Source: Candidatus Poribacteria bacterium
GTDB taxonomy: Bacteria; Poribacteria; WGA-4E; PCPOR2b
Length of the DNA stretch: 64,000 bases
NCBI GenBank assembly: GCA_965208675.1
Contig: OZ242351.1
Span: forward strand, 4,640,001 to 4,704,000
Direction: 5' to 3'
Position numbers and translations under genes: made by a program. Under the pieces are notes generated by a model. The model did not search any database and was not told where the DNA came from. It saw only the letters and a list, made by a program, of their open reading frames with translations. This document shows positions 57,321 to 64,000 of this stretch, in pieces. Within the stretch, counting starts at the first letter, position 1, and every line of letters begins with the position of its first letter.

Positions 57321-58112
57321 TCAAGCCAAATAAATGGGCAAGCTGCTGTCGGCGCCGCGGTAATCTTCATGCCTGCCGGACAGCCATAAGAAAACTTCGG
57401 CGGAATCATTGAAAGACCGGTGCGCCTCGCGTCCGTATGGGAAATGGCCTGACCGCATATTATAGAGGTCGTCCATGTTAAAATCCGGTTCGACAATCCA
57501 GTCACGTTCCGGCGGCACGGTACGTACGTACCAATATTTTAACATATTGCGAACACCAGTTGCAGTGGACGCTCCCTTTCGGTGCCACAACTGATAGATA
57601 GTAACGAAGATAGACCCTGCGGGCGCCGCGGTTGAAATGACGCCGCGAATCCCCGTGTAGTGCGCCATGTAGCTCTGCAAAGCGAAGAAATAGTGCGAAC
57701 CGGGCACCACATCGGTCGGCCCCATTTCAACAGGGGTATCGTGCGGATAATAAAAAACTTGTAGCGCGTCTATTTTAGGACCGTAAATTGAGCCGCCATC
57801 ACGGTGCCAATGCTGCGGCGGTGCAGGGCAATTCGCGCGATGGTTGCTCATGAAAATCGGCAGTTGGAAATTTCGACCCAATAACGTCCGAATGGTTCCC
57901 GCCGCTTGGGGATTGAGAATCACATTGTCTACAAACCAATCATGCTGAAGTATACCGTCTGCGTCATCGGGCTGAATGTCTGCAAGAAAATCTATTGTTT
58001 TTCGGTTTATCTCGTCCGGCACAACTGCCTCCAGCATTAGAAACCCTTTTTGGCAAAAGTTGTACACCTGGGTGTCTGTCATCGTTGGTTCGCAATCAAA
58101 AGTTCGTTTCAT
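57321..58112 (-). CDS. PhyH-family dioxygenase
   Basis: WHRDGG, FYYPHDTPVEMGPT.VVPGSH, LWHR. Confidence 0.88.
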   Translation of the reverse strand: MKRTFDCEPTMTDTQVYNFCQKGFLMLEAVVPDEINRKTIDFLADIQPDDADGILQHDWFVDNVILNPQAAGTIRTLLGRNFQLPIFMSNHRANCPAPPQHWHRDGGSIYGPKIDALQVFYYPHDTPVEMGPTDVVPGSHYFFALQSYMAHYTGIRGVISTAAPAGSIFVTIYQLWHRKGASTATGVRNMLKYWYVRTVPPERDWIVEPDFNMDDLYNMRSGHFPYGREAHRSFNDSAEVFLWLSGRHEDYRGADSSLPIYLA

Positions 58113-58277
58113 TATAGCTAGACTCCATTTGTTAAATTGATTTTGGATTGTGGATAAAAAGTCTGGATGTATATCCTGACATGCTTTCAGTATTTGCGTG
58201 TTGTGTTACTGTGTTCGCTGTGAAATATGACATGACGGGGTATGTTTCCTCTTGAGAAACTGACTGATTGAAAATCG

Positions 58278-58605
58278 AGGCTAGGAAGCCTCTCCTACCA
58301 ATGAATAAGTATAGGAGTTACGCGGTTGAACGATTGGGTGTTGTAGTTTGATGGTTCATCACCAAGCTGATTGACAATCGAGGCTAGGTTCTGTTGCCAT
58401 TTTGAGGCTACTGATTCGGCAAACGTTGTCACCATTGGATAATCTGATATAAGAAGCGCAAACTGTTAGTTTGCGGGCTCGGATCACAATCTAACAGATT
58501 GTGTTACAAAAGATTCCTTTGTACTTGATAGGGACTGCCGTTTAACCGTTCAATTCAACCTACGGGATGCCAAATGTCAACACGCCCTAGGAAGCCTCTC
58601 CCACA
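58278..58605. repeat. Intergenic REP cluster (GAGGCTAGGAAGCCTCTCC class, two to three copies, and others)
   Basis: Copies at 58278, 58380 (partial) and 58587; ACTGTTAG...CTAACAG palindrome at 58462-58497. Confidence 0.6.
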
Positions 58606-58705
58606 AATCAAAACATAAATGTATGATTTTTGGTGGGAATGACTATAAACAACAATCTCTTTTAACATCACATGTCTATGGGCTAAGGTACGATTCGCTT
58701 GCAGG

Positions 58706-59563
58706 CTATCCGTCGGCTGGGAATTTGTGGAAACCTTCGGGTTTTCGGGACGGGGAATAAGCCATTGGCCATCCGCCGCCGCCTACGAAAGCGGGGAACT
58801 CTTTTGCCTTCCCACAAACCCAGAAGAACATCTGGGCGGCATCATACCAGTCGCGATGTTGTTGCCGAGGTGGCGGAGAGGGCCACCCATCCCAACCGTA
58901 CGGGGCAGAACCGAAATTAAAATCGGGTTCGCAGATCCAATCCCGCTGCGGAGGCACCGTTCTCCAGTAGCAGTATTTTAACAGACTTCGGATGCCGGGG
59001 ACAGTAGACGCAGTGCGCCGATGCCAAATCGAATAGACGGTAATGAATATAGTGCCCGCGGGCGCCGCAGTTTTGACGCCGCCGCGGATGCCATTGTAGT
59101 GGGACATCCAGCTCTGCAAGGCGAAAAGGAAATGCGACCCGGGCAACACTTCCGTTGGACCGAGCTCCACCGGCGTGTCTTGGGGATAGTAGAACACCTG
59201 CAGATGATTCAGTGCTGAACCGTAGTGGGAACCGCCGTCCCGGTGCCACTGTTGCGCCGGAGCGGGACACTGAACCCAATGGTTGCTTGGCCTGATGGGC
59301 AGACCGAAATTTTTGCCCAGCAATGACCGCACCGCGCCCGCGGCTTGTGGGTTAAGAAGTACGTTCTCGACAAACCAGTCCTCTTGACCGAGCGGGTTGT
59401 TGATAGTCGCTTGGAACGTCCGAAACTTATTCACATCTATGTATTCGCACGTTCGCCGGTTAATTGAATCCGGAACTACGCCTTCCAGCATTAGGTAGCC
59501 TCGTTTGCAGAATTCCAGCACCTGTGCATCTGTCAGCGTGGGTTCGCAGTCATATGTTTGCAT
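58706..59563 (-). CDS. PhyH-family dioxygenase (tandem paralog of 57321-58112)
   Basis: WHRDGG, FYYPQDTPVELGPTEVLPGSH, IWHR; shared N-terminus DCEPT.TD.QV. Confidence 0.88.
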   Translation of the reverse strand: MQTYDCEPTLTDAQVLEFCKRGYLMLEGVVPDSINRRTCEYIDVNKFRTFQATINNPLGQEDWFVENVLLNPQAAGAVRSLLGKNFGLPIRPSNHWVQCPAPAQQWHRDGGSHYGSALNHLQVFYYPQDTPVELGPTEVLPGSHFLFALQSWMSHYNGIRGGVKTAAPAGTIFITVYSIWHRRTASTVPGIRSLLKYCYWRTVPPQRDWICEPDFNFGSAPYGWDGWPSPPPRQQHRDWYDAAQMFFWVCGKAKEFPAFVGGGGWPMAYSPSRKPEGFHKFPADG

Positions 59564-59973
59564 TGGACAAACTCCAATTTCCAAAATTAGCTAGCTTTTC
59601 AGAATTGCTGCAACTGCGGAATAACAGTTTTAAGCCTGTGTGAATAATAGGCGCCCAAACCAATCTTGGGCGTTTAGTTTCCATAATCTGCCGCCCCGCT
59701 GGGGCTTTCGATTTAATGTGAATTAATGATATTACACACCTGATAAACTCTATAACACTCGCTAATCGTTCGCTTAATCCCACGCTGGGGGTTTTGACTG
59801 AAGACAACTGGCGCTGCAAAAAATGAATTTCCGAACAGGATCTTAGACGGCGCCGCCGGATTTCGCAACGTCTCAAATTCCCCCCACGATTGGTGAAGAA
59901 CGGAATCATCAGTGATGTTTGGAATCCACCCTGCGCCGCTCCCATGAAAGAGTTGGCAATTCTGGGGATGCCA

Positions 59974-60975
59974 TTATCGGTCACGTTCGATCTGCTTTAA
60001 CCAACCCCAAGTCAAGGTTTTTTTGTTGTCGGGCGCGACCGAGAACGCCACGACAAATTTAGGATCGAACCAGGACGGCGCGCGGTTGACAGCCCCCACG
60101 TCGGGCGCTTCAACGCGCTTCTTTCCGTCGGGATCGGTGATGTACAAAGAGCTGACCCCACCCATAAATGCGATGTGGGCGAGTTTCTTGCCGCTCGGCG
60201 CCCAAGTGAGATCGCTTTCTTCCCACTGTCCCTCTAGTCCGGCTGCGAAGCCAGTGAGTTGAATCACGTTTTCTCCGTTCGCATCCATCACGAAGATATC
60301 CCCGTTTCCGTGCCGGGACGAGGACCAAGCAATTTTGGAATCATCGGGGGACCATGTAGGTTCGAAGTCTCCGCCCTTATGGTTCGTCAGGTTCACGAGA
60401 TTACCGCCGTTCGGGTCCATCAAATAGACGTCAGAAATCGTGCGGCCGCGTTTAGAAGAAAAGGCGATTGTTCTTCCGTCGTGAGACCAATCCGGTTGGA
60501 CGTCCTTAGCTGGATCGTTAGTGATGTTTCTCAAGGCTCTGCCTAACACTATCATCTCATAGATTTCAAAATTGCCGTCGCGATCTGTCCCGAACGCGAG
60601 GCGTTGGCCGTTCGGGTGCCAACTAGGATAGCTATCCTCCGACTCACTGTCGGTGAGTCTCTGCAGGTTCTTACCTTCTGAATCTACCATATAGATGTCA
60701 ACATTTCCTTTTGCTTCCGTGTGAAAGGCGATGCGGTTTCCGTCCGGGGACCAGACCAGTCCGAGCGGCAGCGGATTCGCATCAACAAACAATAACGGGC
60801 GCGGGTCGTGTCCGTTATCATCGGTCAACCAGATGTTTGATTCACCTCCATCGGCGGAGAGGACAAACGTCCCCTTGTTAGGCGGTCTTGCCTCTGAATT
60901 CATGGTCAGCGCGACTGAAATTAACACCGTTATTGCCGCAAATGCGGTTGACAGCGTCAAATTGCCGATTTTCAT
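59974..60975 (-). CDS. Secreted TolB-like (PD40) beta-propeller protein with C-terminal TWGxLK motif
   Basis: Signal peptide; WSPDG/PSW/PDW repeats, RDGNFEIY; tail VAPDNKKTLTWGWLK. Confidence 0.85.
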   Translation of the reverse strand: MKIGNLTLSTAFAAITVLISVALTMNSEARPPNKGTFVLSADGGESNIWLTDDNGHDPRPLLFVDANPLPLGLVWSPDGNRIAFHTEAKGNVDIYMVDSEGKNLQRLTDSESEDSYPSWHPNGQRLAFGTDRDGNFEIYEMIVLGRALRNITNDPAKDVQPDWSHDGRTIAFSSKRGRTISDVYLMDPNGGNLVNLTNHKGGDFEPTWSPDDSKIAWSSSRHGNGDIFVMDANGENVIQLTGFAAGLEGQWEESDLTWAPSGKKLAHIAFMGGVSSLYITDPDGKKRVEAPDVGAVNRAPSWFDPKFVVAFSVAPDNKKTLTWGWLKQIERDR

Positions 60976-61075
60976 GGTTCCTACCCTCCTTTGCAGTGAT
61001 TTTGCAATACAAACGACGCGGCGTTGGTCATGGATTTACGGAATGCACTGTTTGTGAAACACTTTACAGGTTATG

Positions 61076-61813
61076 TTAAACCCTCTCTGCCCAAAATGCC
61101 AGCATATTTTGCCGCTGCGGCGGGGCATCTAGGTAGAGTTCCGGCGTATACCAGCCGCCCTGACCGCCGACGTCCCAGACGTACCGTATGTCAGCCTCCG
61201 TTTGCGGTTTCTGCATGAAGTTTAGATACAACCCGCGGCGGGGTCCATCGGGAAATGCACCGTGGTACGCCTTTACATTAAAGACGATTACATCGCCGGG
61301 TTCCGTCTCGCACGGGTGGGCGCCGGGAACATCTTTGCCTAGCGGCAAAATTTCGTTGCCGTAGGTCTGCATACGCTCTCGATATGGGATGAATTGACTG
61401 CCGGGCAAGAGGTAGAGGCAACCGGTGTCCACTGTTGTCGGATCCAGAAACAGCAATACCTTCAGGTGCGTATGGGTTTCGGCTGAGACGGCGTCGTGGT
61501 GCCACGCAGTTCCGGACCAGTGTTTAATTGCTTCGGAGACCGTAAACACAAATCCTTCACCGATTAGGTCCTCAAGCACTTCGTTTATGCGGTTATCGTC
61601 GAGCAGGCGGTTATAGATTTCGGGATTATGTCTGAAGAATGGCAATACCTGATGGCGCACAGGCGCCCGCGACCACGGCTCTCCACCGTTGGCTTTGACA
61701 AGCGTATCTTCAAACGCGTCGGCGTACAATTTTACCTCATCGCGTGGCAAGAAATCTCTCAAAATAATGAATCCGAGCGTTTCAAAATGGTGTTTCTGAG
61801 CTTCACTGAGCAT
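61076..61813 (-). CDS. PhyH-family dioxygenase
   Basis: FETLGF, WHHD, GCLYLLPGS, PGDVIVFN...YHG. Confidence 0.88.
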   Translation of the reverse strand: MLSEAQKHHFETLGFIILRDFLPRDEVKLYADAFEDTLVKANGGEPWSRAPVRHQVLPFFRHNPEIYNRLLDDNRINEVLEDLIGEGFVFTVSEAIKHWSGTAWHHDAVSAETHTHLKVLLFLDPTTVDTGCLYLLPGSQFIPYRERMQTYGNEILPLGKDVPGAHPCETEPGDVIVFNVKAYHGAFPDGPRRGLYLNFMQKPQTEADIRYVWDVGGQGGWYTPELYLDAPPQRQNMLAFWAERV

Positions 61814-61884
61814 ATTTGACTCCTTGCGGGTATAGTTCGGTCGTCGAATTCAACCCGAAGCCGATTTAGGCGACTCAAAAACGA

Positions 61885-62745
61885 CTACAACATTTCTCGT
61901 GCAAAAGTGTATGCCCCCCTCAACCAGGATGCGTAATAGAGTCCGTTGGCATACAGGAAATACAGCGATTTCAAACAGATAACGCTCAACAAACATGCCA
62001 AAAGGAGTGCCATTAAGCTGCCATCGCACCGACCCATCTTTAAGGCGCGCAGGGAAGTGCGATTTCCCGCGGCAACTTCCGGAGAAAACCCACGGCTTTC
62101 AACGGCTTCGCCAAGTTGCGTTGCGCGGCGAACATTATTCATCAAAATCGGACGCAGACTGTTTAAGATTCCGCTAAAGGTGCGAATCGGATTCAGCCGA
62201 AAATAACGAAACCCGCGCAGCCGCTGCAATCTGACGACCGTCACGGCTTCTGAGCCGATGAGTGGGATGTAACGCAAGGCGGTGGTTACCATAAACGCCA
62301 AGCTATAGGGGACACCTAGTTGAACCAAAGCAACAAGCAGATCGCGCGGCGGTGTTGTCCACACAATAAAACAGCCGATTGCCAGCGTTGTGTTGAACCG
62401 CAGGGATTGAACTGCGCCATACAATAACCCCTCGCGGTAAAACCGGATGCCGCCCGTAACTTCGCCGATTACCGGGAAATCCCGGTCAATAAGCGTGAAA
62501 ATCGGAGTACGCGGGAATTCATTGTAGAAAATTGCTTGGCTGTACACCAAGCCCCATGTCCCGAGTAGCACAAACAGTATCAGCAGACGAATTTGATGCC
62601 ACGATGCTCTGGAGCTTGCAACCAAACAGATACTAGCAAGAAAACAGACAGCAAGTGAAATTGGGCTGTCGAGCAAAACCACCAGACATCCGACGACAGC
62701 GAGGACAACGATTTTCGTGCGAGGATGGAGATGTATGATTGACAC
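61885..62745 (-). CDS. ecfT: ECF transporter transmembrane component T (EcfT/CbiQ)
   Basis: LHPRTK, TT...L..AL..L.VP, ALRYIP, QRLRG, AVESRGF. Confidence 0.88.
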   Translation of the reverse strand: MSIIHLHPRTKIVVLAVVGCLVVLLDSPISLAVCFLASICLVASSRASWHQIRLLILFVLLGTWGLVYSQAIFYNEFPRTPIFTLIDRDFPVIGEVTGGIRFYREGLLYGAVQSLRFNTTLAIGCFIVWTTPPRDLLVALVQLGVPYSLAFMVTTALRYIPLIGSEAVTVVRLQRLRGFRYFRLNPIRTFSGILNSLRPILMNNVRRATQLGEAVESRGFSPEVAAGNRTSLRALKMGRCDGSLMALLLACLLSVICLKSLYFLYANGLYYASWLRGAYTFAREML

Positions 62746-62759
62746 ACCACCTCAATTGG

Positions 62760-63749
62760 TCAGTTGAGACTTGTATCTTCTGAAAATCCCAGCATTAGGT
62801 TCATATTCTGAATCGCGGCGCCGGACGCACCCTTTCCCAAGTTGTCCAGCCGCGAACACAGGTTCACGTGCGTGTCATTACCGCCACACACAATAATTTC
62901 CAACCGGTTGCTATCATTGCAGCTAACGGCGTCTAGATAGGTGTAAGGAAGTTGGGGATGATTGCGCAGCGGCGTCTCTGTCCATTTGGACACGGAAACA
63001 AATTTTTCTCCACGATAATAGTCGTTCAAACATTGGAAAACGTCATCGAAACCGGTCTGGTATGCCTTCAGGTATTTTCGATGGATGGGAATATTGACGA
63101 GCATTCCCTGTTTCGAATAATTGACCGCGGGCAGCAACAACGGCGGTTGCGTCAACCCGGATATCACCGTCATTTCTTCGAGGTGTTTATGATTTAGATT
63201 TAGCCCGTACTGCAAGAAATGGTATAATTCATTCGGTCCGCCGAACCCCTTTTGCGAGAACACTTCCATCATTTTCCTGCCGCCGCCCGAATGGCCGGAT
63301 ACGGCATTTACAACAAAAGCGTGGTCTCGCGGGAAAAGACTCGAGTCGATTAACGGCTTTACCGGTGCGATAAATCCTGACGCATAACAGCCCACATTGG
63401 CGACTCGGCAGCTTGCGGCGATTCTCTCTCGAAAATCGGGTCTCAATTCAGGAAAGCCGTATGTCCATCCCGGTGCGGTTCGATGGGCCGTACTTGCGTC
63501 GATGATTTTCGCGGTTATGTTTTCGGCTTCGATGAGCGACACTGTTTCCTTTGCAGAATCGTCTGGCAGACACAAGAAAACGAGGTCAGATTGGCGGATG
63601 CAATCTAGCTTTGCGGTATTGTCCTTTCGTTTCGCCTCGGGAATGTGAATAACTTCGACATCGCTTCTCGCCTTAATTCTTTCGTAAATTTGAAGCCCCG
63701 TAGTCCCCGATTGCCCATCGACAAAAATCTTTGGTTTTTGCACGTCCAC
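62760..63749 (-). CDS. argC: N-acetyl-gamma-glutamyl-phosphate reductase (type 2)
   Basis: IFVDGQSGTTGLQI, FLCLPD, IIDASTAHR, YGFPEL, ANVGCY, LDNLGKGASGAAIQNMNLMLG. Confidence 0.95.
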   Translation of the reverse strand: MDVQKPKIFVDGQSGTTGLQIYERIKARSDVEVIHIPEAKRKDNTAKLDCIRQSDLVFLCLPDDSAKETVSLIEAENITAKIIDASTAHRTAPGWTYGFPELRPDFRERIAASCRVANVGCYASGFIAPVKPLIDSSLFPRDHAFVVNAVSGHSGGGRKMMEVFSQKGFGGPNELYHFLQYGLNLNHKHLEEMTVISGLTQPPLLLPAVNYSKQGMLVNIPIHRKYLKAYQTGFDDVFQCLNDYYRGEKFVSVSKWTETPLRNHPQLPYTYLDAVSCNDSNRLEIIVCGGNDTHVNLCSRLDNLGKGASGAAIQNMNLMLGFSEDTSLN

Positions 63750-63779
63750 TCCTACCTCACGCTACACTGTCGAACTCGG

Positions 63780-64000
63780 TCATACGCTTGCCGGCTCATC
63801 TTGTCGACTACTGCTTATACCGCCTTCCCGGCTGTTTAGTGCATACCCCAATTGCATTGCCAGCGGCGGAATGAGCGATGCCCGTTCTACGCAATCCGGG
63901 TCGGCGAATGCGGCGACGGGAGATCCATCAAAGATTAATTCACCGTGGTCAAGCAGCAGCACTCGATTAGCGTATTTTAGCGTGAGATGAGCATCGTGGG
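63780..64000 (-). CDS. ECF/ABC transporter ATPase, C-terminal part (runs off the window end)
   Basis: The frame is open to the window end: HDAHLTLKYANRVLLLDHGELIFDGSP (H-loop), then LIPP as in EcfA tails. Confidence 0.8.
   Translation of the reverse strand, partial: HDAHLTLKYANRVLLLDHGELIFDGSPVAAFADPDCVERASLIPPLAMQLGYALNSREGGISSSRQDEPASV

Noticed and set aside
59974-60975. Calling the gene tolB
   Set aside because: It has only the PD40 propeller, with no TolB N-terminal domain and no tol-pal neighbours.

Overview
Bacterial chromosomal window. It is probably Candidatus Poribacteria or a relative. This is an inference from the seven PhyH-family dioxygenases, the WD40/TPR repeat proteins and the 'NxPNPFNPETWIPYQL' C-terminal domain. 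1-19 kb is housekeeping on the minus strand: secF (partial), secD, tRNA-Arg(CCU), apt, tlyA, dxs, xseB, xseA, a YmdB-type phosphoesterase, two SDRs, a selenocysteine-containing selD that the ORF track truncates, cutA, pheT and pheS under a Phe T-box riboswitch, and rplT, rpmI, infC. 19.4-36 kb is an accessory, REP-saturated region. It holds a sigma54-driven secreted orphan, an IS3 remnant, an S9 peptidase, nucleotidyltransferase and GIY-YIG pseudogenes, an SRAP stub, a small SeqA-C-like protein, a split FRG/TPR pair, a full IS3, and two paralogous 22-aa beta-repeat surface proteins with duplicated promoters. 36-64 kb holds glnS, htpX, a YyaL-DsbD(N) fusion, truA, WD40, LysM and TolB-like secreted proteins, a divergent enolase, an Ldh_2 dehydrogenase, a PhyH cluster, and ecfT-argC-ecfA. 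The most unusual signals are: (1) REP-capped elements of fixed length (101-103 bp) with an interchangeable ~72-bp interior; (2) a GATC-doublet module nested in several different hairpin repeats, next to a SeqA-like gene; (3) the beta-repeat gene cluster; (4) a shared C-terminal sorting-like motif. No CRISPR array, rRNA or reverse transcriptase was seen. All assignments come from reading the sequence and recalling family motifs; no database search was run.
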